64,000 nucleotides of DNA from Octopus sinensis (GCF_006345805.1 NC_043014.1:44144001-44208000); one strand, 5' to 3'; counted from the stretch's first letter, positions 10,321 through 22,415 are shown. Notes: generated by a model from the sequence alone, not told the origin. Made by a program: numbers and translations.

Positions 10321-10450
10321 AAAATATCAAACAAATAGCGGTTTGAACAGTAAAATAGAGTACCACAATATCAGTATGAGCGGCAAATAGTGTTCATATA
10401 TTTCTAATAGTATTTTGAAGCACAAATGAAATTTGATAATGTCACCTCTG

Positions 10451-10706
10451 GAATTGAAACCGCGCGTGGATTTAAATGATCTACCTGCAACATGTAATTG
10501 ACTAGGAGGGGAAAAAGTGAGGGTGGTTTGATGGAATAGTTTATTTAAGGTAATTTTTTTTTAAATCAACACAAAGTATTTTTTAAAATTTCTATTGTTT
10601 CCTAGACAATAAATATACAAAATGGCGAATTGTTAAGAATTCAAAGAGCGGAATTTTTTATGTTAGTTAAACTTCAAATCGGCAAAAGTTTACATCTCCA
10701 GAAAGA
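10451..10706 (+). promoter_or_regulatory. Conserved upstream block of the tetraspan family (G2 copy)
   Basis: GAATTGAAACCGC...TGCA(T/A)..GATGGAATAGTTTATTTAAGG...TTTCTATTGTTTC..AGACAATAAATA. It recurs before G3 (19457), G4 (23281), G5 (25046), G6 (32827), G8 (49005), G7 (45498, minus) and G9 (59778, minus). Function is inferred. Confidence 0.7.
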
Positions 10707-11321
10707 ATGGCGGATTCGGAATTAATGGAAAATCCTGAAAGAACTAATGGAGATAATGTGGATTATGTGAACAATGATCCAAGTAGGGGCAATTTAATAC
10801 AACCATCGAATCCTTCGAGGCCAACACGTCGTCAGTCACTTGCTTCCAGCGTTAGCAATGAGGAAAATATAGAAATGATCGCACTTGGAGCAGCTCGGCA
10901 ACCTGAACTCCGCGATCAACAGCAGAACCAGAGACACACTATTAATGATTTCACTATGCGCTGGAGCCATAAATTCATCTACCTGGTGTTATCATTTATT
11001 AGTTTATTCATCAGTATGATAGATCTGTTGAAAAGAACTCGCAATTTTTCAGCTGTGTTAGACTATTTGAATATTTTTCTCGACGTGGTTATAACAGCCA
11101 ACTCGTTGATAATTTTGTGTGTCGTCTTTCAATTTTTCAAGCGAAGAGCTGAGTTCACAAATCGCTCTGTCTTTGTATGTCTCCTATGTGCCGTATGTAA
11201 CCTGTTATCTGCCACAATTATGTACTACTTACACCATGAAGGGATGACCCTGGTCGTTCTTATCACCACTTTCATACTTTTGCTTCTGTTGTATGTACCA
11301 TGGTTGATGTCGCGTTTGTAA
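10707..11321 (+). CDS. Tetraspan family paralogue G2 (204 aa)
   Basis: MADSE start, RPTRRQSL..EENIEMIALG, four TM segments, KRR.EF.NR loop. Confidence 0.85.
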   Translation: MADSELMENPERTNGDNVDYVNNDPSRGNLIQPSNPSRPTRRQSLASSVSNEENIEMIALGAARQPELRDQQQNQRHTINDFTMRWSHKFIYLVLSFISLFISMIDLLKRTRNFSAVLDYLNIFLDVVITANSLIILCVVFQFFKRRAEFTNRSVFVCLLCAVCNLLSATIMYYLHHEGMTLVVLITTFILLLLLYVPWLMSRL

Positions 11322-12429
11322 TTATTCAAAATCTAGAATCAACTTCAACTGTATATTCAGTAATTCCTGTTTTTTTTTTAAATCATGTTTTAATGTAGTT
11401 AATTCGTTATAACATTTAAATATTTTAATTGCTTTTAAAAATAACTATAAACTTAAATAGAACCAGACACTTCGAAGAATTGACTATACTGTCGGAAAAA
11501 AACCATCTTTTGACATTCGTTTCTTTTCGGTCACTTGCGTTATTGAATTCCACTCTTACATTCAACGTATAACATTTTACATGATGTAGGACATGCTTGG
11601 GGTATGAAAGGCTAAAATAATTTCCATAAGACCAGATTCACATATAATGAATCCAACAATTTGCCCACCGCTACAATAATGGAAAAAAACTTTGCTGTAA
11701 ACACAAGGATTTCGGTCTCATGCCTACAATATCTCTTGTAATTCTTAACTTCCTACATCAACTTATTGCATCCGTTGCTCACATTCTGGATTGACACTCC
11801 GATACCCCTTACCTTCTTCCTGTATTTCTCCCCTCAAAATTCACCCATTGCAAAATTATCTTCTCTATTCATTATATTGGCCATAAAGGCCTTACATAAA
11901 AGGGAAGCAAAAATATTTTATGCGACCGCTGCCTCACTACAACACTAGCAAACTACACAGCTTTTTTAGTTCTTCGATCTTCTGCATTGCAATATAATCA
12001 TATGAAAAGATTCGTTCAAAACCTAGTAATTCCAGCTTTTCGGTGATGTGAAGATTTGCCTCGAAGTTCTTATCGATGCAGACTTTGACCAGTTACTTCA
12101 GAATAGCACACACATACACCGCTACACCTGCTCAATTAATGAGACAATTACAGTTAACATTTTGCTGTATGACTCCAAAGCTCTGATATTGATTTATTAT
12201 GACAACGACCATCTATTTCTTTTCTTTGTTCAAGGATTTTTAAGAGGATGTAATTTTCGTAAATTTCCAATGCTATTACAGTTCTAGATTAACTTTAAAT
12301 AAGTATTGGAACAGCATCAGGGTTTGCCCGCAAGAAATTGTATTTGACTAAAGAATGAAACCTGAACTATTTCATTGTTCTTGTTCAAATCGTTTTCAAA
12401 AATCCAAAACTAAATTAGCTTTTTTGTCT

Positions 12430-13130
12430 CTCTTCCATTTGTTTCTTCGATAATACAGTAGATAGGATAAAAATTAGTCAACATTGCTTCTGAAGGAGAT
12501 TTTTCTGTCACCTGGCATCATATCAGCAATAGTGATGATTTCATCAGAAATAACTGATTCCGTAGAGACTTATAGCTTCAAGAATATTTTAAGTATTTGC
12601 AATTTGCTACGAACATAGAATGGGTCCTAGTCGAAACTTCGGCCGTCGCCGGATCCCCAAACTTGTTCCAAAGAAGAATACAGAGATACGGCCGAACAAA
12701 GAGGATCCCAATATCCGAACCGTCTGCATACTACCGAATAGCCACCGCCAAGACCAGGTCTTGACTACTGCTGCCACCCTGCTCAATACCTCCGTCCAAT
12801 TCTTCTCTCTCTGGAGGCCTGGTCCAAACCAAACTCCTAGCAACTTAACCGGTCCCTCCATCCAGCGCCCAACAACGCTGTCTGAAGGCATCGACTTGTC
12901 AACCCAGGTGCCGAGCTACTGCTAACTCGATTTTCTGTATAATTTTCCCGTTTTTGAAACCATGATCGGTATACTCAACTCGATCTCACGTCCTCTGTAT
13001 TGTGTGTGATTTATTTAAACTGTTGTCCGTTACTCTTACATCTTCGGTTTACAATAAGAATAAATAATAGTAACCTTGTGTGTACCGAGGTCTATGATGA
13101 CTTCTGCATTCTTCAACTGTCTATACTCAA
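12430..13130 (+). pseudogene. Degenerate tetraspan paralogue interrupted by a LINE fragment
   Basis: Homologous to 5880-7790. GCTAACTCGATTTTCTGTATAATTTTCCCG (TM2) and TGTACCGAGG (C-terminus) are recognisable but frameshifted. Confidence 0.6.
12616..12920 (-). mobile_element. L1/Tx1-like LINE ORF2 fragment
   Basis: Near-identical to 8840-9030 (GPVKLLGVWFGPGLQREKNW). Confidence 0.85.
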
Positions 13131-13326
13131 TCATTAGAGTTTTATTTTCGATGTAGCTCAACTTTTAATATATATTTCTTAAATATTGAAGAACAAACAA
13201 CTAAAATGTAACTAAATATTTTAAATACCCTGGCTACATTGCCAAACGCAAATCAGTCAGCAATGTCAATTTTTTTTTCTTAACTCGTAATTTGTTAACC
13301 CTGTTGCCATTTTATACTGGGAGCTT

Positions 13327-15200
13327 GGATCTTTTCGGTTTGAACGGCAGTTTTTTTCTAGCGGTGTCATATGAAATTGTCACCCATAATTATGACCCTA
13401 GAATCGATCTATTGCATTTCAATCTCTTTTAGAGTTGGGGTGGGGGAAGGGTGTCTTTTTTTTCTTCAGAAATGTAAATAAACCCAATCTGTTTCTTAAA
13501 CGAGAGACATATTCATAAGACACAGAATGGTTTTTTTACCTGAATAGATATCATTGATTGGTTGAAATTGCAGAATGTGAAGAAAAAAAAACAACAAATA
13601 TCTTACAAACTATAGAATTTTCTCAATAAAGCCAAGAGAAAAAGATGTTCTATAAACACATTCTACCAGTATACGAAGTCTAAATTTTTTTAGTTACCTA
13701 GAAATTATGTTACAAAGTGCCATTCAAACCGAAAAGATCCGGGAGCTTAACTTAAAATTTCATAACTTTTTAATTAAAGAATGTTTGAAATCTTTTTGTT
13801 AGTTGTTACGACGCAATCTGTATCGCCACGTTGTTTGCTAGATGCAACCATCTCCATCAAAGTAAAAATGTTCCTTTATTAAAACTTTTACCTGCCATTA
13901 CCTCAAGTATGAAATATGAAACCGGACCAAAATATCAAAGAATTTTTTTGGAGATCTTTTCGGTTTGAACGGCAGTTTTTTCTAGCGGTGTCATATGAAA
14001 TTGTCACCCATAATTATAACCCTAGTATCGATCTATTGCATTTCAATCTGTTTTAGGGTTAGGGGTGGGGGGAAGGGTATCTTTTTTTCTTCACAAATGT
14101 AAATAAACCCAATCCGTTTTTTAAACGAGAGACATATTCACACGGCACAGAATGTTGTTTTCCTCAATAGACGTCACTGATTGGTTGAAATTGCAGAAAT
14201 TGAAGAAAAAAAAACAACAAATATCTTACAAACTATAGAATTTTCTCAATAAAGCCAAGAGAAAAAGATGTTCTATAAACACATTCTACCAGTATACGAA
14301 GTCTAAATTTTTTTAGTTACCTAGAAATTATGTTACAAAGTGCCATTCAAACCGAAAAGATCCGGGAGCTTAACTTAAAATTTCATAACTTTTTAATTAA
14401 AGAATGTTTGAAATCTTTTTGTTAGTTGTTACGACGCAATCTGTATCGCCACGTTGTTTGCTAGATGCAACCATCTCCATCAAAGTAAAAATGTTCCTTT
14501 ATTAAAACTTTTACCTGCCATTACCTCAAGTATGAAATATGAAACCGGACCAAAATATCAAAGAATTTTTTTGGAGATCTTTTCGGTTTGAACGGCAGTT
14601 TTTTCTAGCGGTGTCATATGAAATTGTCACCCATAATTATAACCCTAGTATCGATCTATTGCATTTCAATCTGTTTTAGGGTTAGGGGTGGGGGGAAGGG
14701 TATCTTTTTTTCTTCACAAATGTAAATAAACCCAATCCGTTTTTTAAACGAGAGACATATTCACACGGCACAGAATGTTGTTTTCCTCAATAGACGTCAC
14801 TGATTGGTTGAAATTGCAGAAATTGAAGAAAAAAAACAACAAATATCTTAGAAACTATAGAATTTTCTCAATAAAGCCAAGAGAAAAAGATGTTTTATAA
14901 ACACATTCTACCAGTATATGAAGTTTAAAATTTTTTAGTTACCTAGAAATTGTTAAAAACTGCCGTTCAAACCGAAAAGATCCGGTAGCTTAACTTTAAA
15001 TTTCATAACTTTTTGAATAAAGAATGTTTGAAATCTTTTCGTTAGTTGTTACAGCGCAATCTTTATCGCCACGTTGGTTGCTAGATGCAGCTATCTCCCT
15101 CAAACTAAATTTTTTTCATTTATCAAAACTTTCACCTGCCATTACCTCAAGTATGAAATATGAAACCGGACCAAAATATCAAGGAATTTTTTTTTTCTAA
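13327..15200. mobile_element. Three tandem Merlin-type MITEs, each followed by a ~210-bp spacer (period ~622 bp)
   Basis: TIR GGATCTTTTCGGTTTGAACGGCAG. Copy 1 (13327-13740) has the 8-bp TSD GGGAGCTT. The spacer restarts at 13741, 14364 and 14984. Confidence 0.85.
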
Positions 15201-15239
15201 GATCACATAAAATCAAATAGAATTTTCCCTATAAAAACA

Positions 15240-15480
15240 TTTTACATAACATGCCATAATGCTTCAGGACCAGTTACTGCAACAGCCTGGGTTTCAAGGG
15301 CCCACAGCTTTTTAATATTCTCCCAAAGAGTCTGAGGAACTTGCACAAAGTAGATGTAGGGGTTTTTAAATCAAAGCCGGACCTCTTCCAGTCGAGAGTC
15401 CTAGATGAACCTACCTCACGGCAAGAGGTGCAAATGAGGGTAGCTATATCAAACTCCATTCTTCACCAAGTGCCACATAT
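15240..15480 (+). mobile_element. CR1/L2-like LINE 3' fragment
   Basis: Translates PKSLRNLHKVDVGVFKSKPDLF..VLDEP..SNSILHQ, resembling the C-terminus of CR1-group ORF2. Confidence 0.5.
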
Positions 15481-15529
15481 TGGAGGAGGCTCTTAGTAAT
15501 AACAGTGTAGCAAAACGGCGGTGCATCGG

Positions 15530-16150
15530 CATGGCCGCAGCTCTGAGCTGAAACTGTTTCAATCATCTGACTGCGGCCATGCTGGGGCACAGCCGGGAAG
15601 GGTTTTTTAGTCGAACAAATCGACCCAAGGTCATATGCTTTTAAAGCCCGGTACTTTTTCTATCGGGCTCTCTTACCGAACCGCTAAGTTACGGGAATGC
15701 AAACACACCAATACCGGTTGTCAAGTGGTAATGGGAGTTAAACAGACACACAGACACATACATATATATATATTTCTTTACTGCCTACAAGAGGCTAAAC
15801 AGAGTGGACAAACAAGGACAGACAAAGGGATTAATTCGATTACATCGACCCCAGTGCGAAACTGGTACTTTATTTATCGACCCCGGAAGGATGAAAGGCA
15901 AAGTCGACCTCGGCGGAATTTGAACTCAGAACGTAACGACAGACGAAATACCGCTAAGCATTTCGCCCGGCACGCTAACGATTCTCCCAGCTCACCGCCT
16001 TCAAACACATACATATATATGTATACGACAGGTTTCTTTCAGTTTCCGTCTGCCAAATCCACTCACAAGGCTTTGGTTTACCCGCGGCTATGGTAGGAGA
16101 CACTTGCCCAAGGTACCCAAAACCAAGTAGTTGGGAGGCAAACTTTTTGC
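15530..16150. mobile_element. Nested SINE fragments (families C and A)
   Basis: Family C body and tail plus a family A minus copy at ~15770-16000. Confidence 0.75.
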
Positions 16151-16607
16151 CACGCATGTGTTCGTCGGAATCCATTCCTTTTTTTTTTTTCATCCACACG
16201 AAGATTTGTCAATTCTCAATGGATTGTTTTTCGAATTTCCAACACCGATGTAGTTTTGCATACTGATAACAAAATCACATTTTTTTTTTAGAAAAATCCA
16301 TAATAAACGAGATAGAAGCGTTTAAAGTAATTTATTTTTAGCCAATGAAATGAGTCCGGTGTCCTCGCAAGCGGAAGTCGAAACTGGTTTGCTGTCATTA
16401 TTGCCATGGCAACAAACAGTATCGTTGAAAATAAAGACAAAGGGAATGTGAAAACTGAATTTCTATTTTTAAAAGAGAATTTAATGAAAATAAACAAATG
16501 AAAAGAAGTTTTTATTTTTTTTTAAAGAATTTAATGAGAGAAAACAAAAGATTTATATCTATATACAATTAGAATATCCATATCTCTGCTCACCCCTTTC
16601 AGAGTAG

Positions 16608-18044
16608 AGATGACTGTTTGTAAGTTTTCCTCCAATCACAAATTTTAATCCGAAAATTTTCAAACAATATTCTTTTGATATAGTTTTGCATGCTGATGAC
16701 AAATATCATATTCATTATTTTGGAAAAATTATAATAATAAAGTTAGAAACATTTAAAATTACGTATTTTTAGCCAATGAACTTTTAAGCCACTGTCCTTA
16801 CAGCGGATGCCGAAACTGTTTGTTGTCATGGCAATTCCGATTCATTAATAATTTTTTTCATTTTATGGATGCGTATAAAGATCTTTTCGGTTTGAACGGC
16901 TCTGTGGGTCAGAGAGGCTGTTTCAGCACATCTCCCTTGCCATCCTCCGGCGCAACGCCTTTTCCAATTCGATTGCTGAGGCCAGAGCTGTAATTTATAA
17001 CAGCGTTTAACCACAGATTTCATGAAAAAGCTTATATTACTACATCGTTTTCTTGTTTATAGGATCTGAAGTATTCGAATAATAATATTAGTTTCAAGTT
17101 TTGGCACAAGGCCTGCAGACTTAGTGGAGGGACTGAGTCACTGATACATATCTTATCGACCCCGAAAGGATGAAAGGTAAAGTCGACCATGGCTGAATTT
17201 GAACATAAAGACGGACGAAATGCCGCTTAGCATTTTGTCTGGCATGTTAACGATTCTGTATAGTCACAGGTTTTTTTTTTTCGAGCTGCTAGAAATAACA
17301 GTCGAAATTCAACGAAAACACATGGGTTGTCAATGAAAGAAAGCAATGATGAAATAAAACAATATGGCGGAATGTTACGAATTTAAAGAAATTGGGATCT
17401 GCACTCCTGTGTCCTTCCAAACAAATCATATTTTTCATATCTCATAAACACGCAGAGATACGAATCCACTGTAGAACGATGAGTGCCATAACGCCGTATA
17501 TTCCCTCGCTTAAGACAGGTCAAAATGCTTTCGCCTTGTTGAGTATGGGTCCTGTCTTGTGAGTTTACAAACGCTGGGATTCACCGTTCTATGACGAAAT
17601 TGGTATCCTGATATCTCAGGAATGAGCGAGTATGCGTGCCACAATTCACTGTAAATAGTTGTTCCCGGCAGAATAAATTGACGAATGCAATTTTCGAGTG
17701 TGTTACGATCTGGAGAAGGTACGACAAAAAGAAAAATTTCACCGCCGAAAAAACCCACTGTTCGGGTAGCATATTACACGCACCCATAAAATGAAAAAAA
17801 AAAATGATTAATGAATCGGAATTGCCATGACAACAAACAGTTTCGACATCCGCTGTGAGGACAGCGGCTTAAAAATTCATTGGCTAAAAATACGTAATTT
17901 TAAGTGTTTCTAACTTTATTATTATAATTTTCCCAAAATAATGAATATGATTTTTGTCATCAACAGGCAAAACTATATCAAAAGAATATCGTTTGAAAAT
18001 TTTCAGATTAAAATTTGTGATTGGAGGAAAACGAAAAAAGATCC
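16608..18044 (-). mobile_element. Merlin (ISXO2/IS1595-like DDE) transposon relic with ~250-bp inverted repeats
   Basis: 16624-16880 is the reverse complement of 17775-18031, and the right end is AAAAGATCC. The internal fragment reads VP..DRNTLENCIRQFILPGTTIYSELWHAY. A diverged extra TIR copy lies at ~16170-16430. Confidence 0.7.
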
Positions 18045-18179
18045 GTTAGTCAATGACACTGTTTCCCCGTTCTTGACGGGTTCTTATGTCATTGACCCTG
18101 AAAGTATGAAATAACAGTCAAATGCAGTATTTTATGTGATTCGTATTCTAAAAGAGAGCTAGACATCGAAATGGAATAC

Positions 18180-18415
18180 CTATTTCTTTACTACCAACAA
18201 GGGGCTAAACACAGAGGAGACAAACAAGGACAGACAGACGGATTAAGTCGATTATATCGACCCCAGTGCGTAACTGGTACTTAATTTATCGACCCCGAAA
18301 GGATGAAAGGCAAAGTCGACCTCGGCAGAATTTGAACTCACAACGTAACGGCAGACGAAATACCGCTAAGCATTATCGCCCGGCACGCTAACGTGTCTGC
18401 CATCTCATCGCCAGA
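18180..18415 (-). mobile_element. SINE family A
   Basis: Full copy with TSD AGACATCGAAATG(G/A)AATACC. Confidence 0.85.
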
Positions 18416-18758
18416 CATCGAAATGAAATACCATTAGTGATAAACAGTGTAAATATTAGCTCTGATATAGCTGTGTGATTCAGAACATCGTACTTTCAGG
18501 TTCAATCCCTCTGCGTAACACATTGAGTCAGTGTCTTCTATTATAGGCTCAGGCTGGTCAAAGCATTTAAGAGTGAAATTTGGTAAATGGTTATTTAGAA
18601 GCTCAACGGGGCGACCGTTCCTGTTTTGTAGTTGAGAGGCTTAACAGCTACGTTCGTTTATTATCATCGCCAGAATCCACTTCGAGCATTCGATGGAAGA
18701 ACCCCCAGCTGGGAATAACTTCTTTCATGTTACCAATGTCACCGTAAAAAGGGTTATG

Positions 18759-19196
18759 GGATCTTTTCGGTTTGAACGGCAGTTTTTAACATAATTTCCA
18801 GGTAACTAAAAAATTTTAAACTTCGTATACTGGTAGAATGTGTTTATAAAACATCTTTTTCTCTTGGCTTTATTGAGAAAATTCTATAGTTTGTAAGATA
18901 TTTGTTGGGTTTTTTTTCTTCAATTTCTGCAATTTCAACCAATCAATGACGTCTATTGAGGTAAAAAAAAACATTCTGTGCCGTATGAATATGTCCCTCG
19001 TTTAAGAAACAGATTGGGTCTATTTACATTTATGAAGAAATAAAGATACCCTTCCCCCACCCCTAACTCCAACCATAACTAACCCTAACCCTAAAACAGA
19101 TTGAAATGCAATAGATCGATACTAGGGTCATAATTATGGGTGACAATTTCATATGACACCGCTAGAAAAAAACTGCCGTTCAAACCGAAAAGATCC
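18759..19196. mobile_element. Merlin-type MITE
   Basis: 24-bp TIRs and 8-bp TSD GGGTTATG. Confidence 0.9.
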
Positions 19197-19723
19197 GGGT
19201 TATGACCATTACTCTCCTACTAAGCCATAAAAAAAAACTGAAGCGAACTGTTTCCAAACAAGAATTGAAACCAGGAAGCGTTTGCAGCTTTTCACGACTT
19301 CACCTTATTCTCAGCAAATCTCAACACATTTATGATATTGATTTTGGTGTTTAAAAACACATTCTTTTTATAAGAAAGGGAAACTGGAAAGATATAGTGT
19401 TCGTATATTTTAAACGACATCTTGAAGTGAAAGTGATGTTTGATGGCATCAACTAAGAATTGAAACCGCATCGTAGATGAGAATGTACTGCATGCAAAAC
19501 ATTGTGATTGATTAAAGGAAAAAAAAAAAACGTACGTTGAAATTATGGAATTACACATTTAAGGCCATTTTTTAAAATCAGAACAAAGATTTGCTTAATT
19601 TTTATTGTTTCTTAGAGAATAAATAGAAAAAACATGGTGAGGTACTAAAATTTTAAGGAAAGGAAACATTTCAATGTTAGCTGGCTTCGAATAAGAAAAA
19701 AAAAGAATTTATCTCACGGAAGA

Positions 19724-20344
19724 ATGGAGGATTCAGACAGCGTGGAAGAAAGCATTGACACTGATAGCTCTGCGGATAATTTGAACAATGCTCCACTTAC
19801 AATTGAATCGTTACTAGCCTCGACTGATTCGTGGTCATCTTATCGTCTGTCGTTCACTTCCTCTACCAGCAACGAGGACAACGAAGAAACGACTGATCCA
19901 GGTGGATCTCAGCAAAATCAGGGCTACCGTCGCATGGCCAAGTATTCTGACATACACTGGGTGTTTATATTCATCTTCCTGGTGTTGAATGCGATCAGTT
20001 TATCCTGCAGTGTTTCATATTTGTTGCATCTCGTTCGCATATATCCAGACCTAGCACATAACTGGAGTATTGGCATGGACGTGCTTATAGCAATTAACTC
20101 GTTGATAATCTTCTGTTCAATTTTCCCGATTTCGAAGCGAAGAGTACTTTTCCCAAATCGTACTCTCACCTACTGTCTCTTCTGTACCATATTTAACCTG
20201 TTGCCCGCTGCCATTATCTTCGGATTAAATTATGACCTCTTTACACTCGCAGTTTTTTTCTGTAGTATCATACTTTTTGCATTACTGTGTGCACACCGTT
20301 TCAGGTTGAGCTTTATAATCATTCAAAACTTGGAACCAACTTAA
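19724..20344 (+). CDS. Tetraspan family paralogue G3 (206 aa)
   Basis: MEDSD start, IHWVFIF..ISLSCS, INSLIIFC, KRRVLFPNRTL, FNLLPAAII. Confidence 0.85.
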   Translation: MEDSDSVEESIDTDSSADNLNNAPLTIESLLASTDSWSSYRLSFTSSTSNEDNEETTDPGGSQQNQGYRRMAKYSDIHWVFIFIFLVLNAISLSCSVSYLLHLVRIYPDLAHNWSIGMDVLIAINSLIIFCSIFPISKRRVLFPNRTLTYCLFCTIFNLLPAAIIFGLNYDLFTLAVFFCSIILFALLCAHRFRLSFIIIQNLEPT

Positions 20345-20694
20345 AATTCTGTATATTCGATGATTCCTGTTTTATATTACTTTTCCATGTACATATAATT
20401 TTTAAATATTTCAATTGTTTTTTTTTTAAAAATGTATATAAACTATAGCCAAACATTCTAATTACTGTGACTCCATTGTTGGCGATTTATATTATTTTAG
20501 TTTTTGATAATCCCAATTTTTTATCCATGTTAAATCAATGAATTTTACACCCAGATCTTCTCAGAAGACCTGTAACATTTCACACGATGTCAGACATGCG
20601 ACAGGGATTTAATCCTAATATACCCACTGCACTAACTCCTACCTTCATATAGTGAAATTAATAACACCCAAATCATTATTACAACAGAATATTC

Positions 20695-20828
20695 CCATCC
20701 GTAAAATATATGTAAATCCATCTGTCTTTTCATCCTGTATTTAATAAGCGTGTTTGTACCCTACATGTCCCTTGTCTGTCCTTGTAACGTCCCCTCTATG
20801 TAAACCTTTTTAAAGGTAAATAAAGAAA
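20695..20828 (+). mobile_element. Short retroposed LINE-type 3' tail (other copies at 30985-31125 minus and 51815-51955 plus)
   Basis: TGTCCCTTGTCTGTCCTTGTAA.GTCCCCTCTATGTAAACC..AGGTAAATAAAGAAATA, with TSD ATTACAACAGAATATTC. Confidence 0.65.
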
Positions 20829-21029
20829 TATATTACAACAGAATATTCAGAATTTTTGCCTTCCTTTTGAAAACCGACTGTCATTAACCCATAAAGCGCT
20901 GGGATTTTCATTTACATAGCATGGATTGCAGAGCACATTTTATGAAAATGAGACTACCATGCACTTATAAAAAACAAAAAATAGCCAAAATATCTTCTTA
21001 GTATATAATAGTAGCAACTTCTACATCAT

Positions 21030-21215
21030 CTGAAAAGTCATTAGTTTAAATATTAGTCCTCTTTCATTCTGGGGGGCATCGGAGTGTTTGAGTAACATGA
21101 GACCCCCAACAAACGCCCATAAATTAAATGCATCTATCTGGGTCACGATCGTGGTATGTGTCGACCTGTACCTGACGGCCACGATCGTGGCCCGTCGCAC
21201 TTTGTTTTAATTAAC
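21030..21215 (-). repeat. Inverted copy of the palindrome-bearing repeat at 7935-8130
   Basis: Reverse-complement similarity across the whole unit. Confidence 0.7.
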
Positions 21216-21379
21216 ATAGACGATTACAAATTTCTCCAGGTACAGACATCCACATCAATCGCTACTTTATTGTCGTTTTATGAAACTCTTCACAGCTGTC
21301 TTCCAAAATCTGCGTTTTGCTCTGCTAGTTTCGAACCCCACGTTTTTAGTTTTAAGCAAGATAACCTGGAAATATATGG

Positions 21380-21720
21380 CAACCATAAATTTTCATTGAA
21401 AAACGATACAAAAGTACTGGTGTACATTGTTTCTTAGACTACATTGCAAAACCTGCTCATAATTTCAGACAGCGGAATTTTTATGTCGTTTGGTTTGAAA
21501 TCTGCTAAAGAATATCTTTATTCTTAAAAATAATGGCCGATTCCGAAATAACTGATGGACAGAGTCTCGTGAGCTAGTCAACACTGATGCAAACTAGTTG
21601 TAACCTTCTATAAACATTGATCCGTGGCCATTCTCTTAACAGTACGCCATCTTGTCTTGGTAAGAGAGCTTAAAACAATCATTAGGGCTATGCTACGAAG
21701 GTCTACGTCGTCCTTCCATC
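21380..21720 (+). pseudogene. Type-II remnant of the tetraspan family (upstream block + MADSE start, no TM region)
   Basis: ATGGCCGATTCCGAAATAACTGATGG at 21533 followed by an early stop. The body is homologous to 34237-34420. Confidence 0.6.
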
Positions 21721-21774
21721 CTTTATTTCTGTCCCGATAATTTCAAAAATTTCTAGTTGGCCCTGCTAGGCTAT

Positions 21775-21980
21775 TCTATCGATCTCGCTTAGCGAACCGC
21801 TAAGTTATTTTGTCGATCATGTTTGGCGAACCGCTAAGTTATTTTATCGATCTCCTTTGGCGAACCGCTAAGTTATTTCATCGATCACGTTTGGCGAACC
21901 GCTAGGTTATTTTATCGATCATCATTGGCAAAGCGCTAAATTATTTTATCGATCGCCTTTGACGAACCGCTAAGTTATTT
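21775..21980. repeat. 34-bp minisatellite, six units, SINE-derived
   Basis: GGCGAACCGCTAAGTTATTTTATCGATCTCCTTT units match the SINE C segment TATTCTATCGGTCTCTTTTGCCGAACCGCTAA. Confidence 0.8.
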
Positions 21981-22229
21981 TAAGATTGGACACCTTTTGC
22001 CTGATTTCAATCTAATTTTCAACATGGTAAAGTGGAAGTGGATTTGTAATTTAAGCGCGGAAATCTAATTTTTTATAAATGGGAGAGAGATAGATAGAGA
22101 AAGATAGAGAGTAAGAGAGAAAGGGAAAGTAAAAGAGTGGAAAAAGTGAGAGAGAAAGGAGAGAGAAACAAAGAGGGAGAATGTGGCGATAAGAAACAGA
22201 AAGGAAGCAACGTATAGTAACAACCACAC

Positions 22230-22415
22230 CCTCACCCGGAGGAAGTGGAGGAGGAGGAGGAGGAGGAGGAAGTGGAGGAGGAGGAGGGGGAGGAAGTGGA
22301 GGAAGTGGAGGAAGTGGAGGAGGAGGAGGAGGAGGGGGAAGTGGAGGAGGAGGAGGAGGAGGAGGAAGTGGAGGAGGAGGAGGAGGAGGAGGGGAGAGTG
22401 GAGGAGGAGGAGGTT
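22230..22415. repeat. (GGA)n purine microsatellite
   Basis: GGAGGAGGA runs punctuated by AGT. Confidence 0.95.

Noticed and set aside
17480-17790. Bacterial IS1595 contamination or recent horizontal transfer
   Set aside because: The fragments are decayed, interleaved with host SINEs and share termini with host MITEs; eukaryotic Merlin elements explain them.
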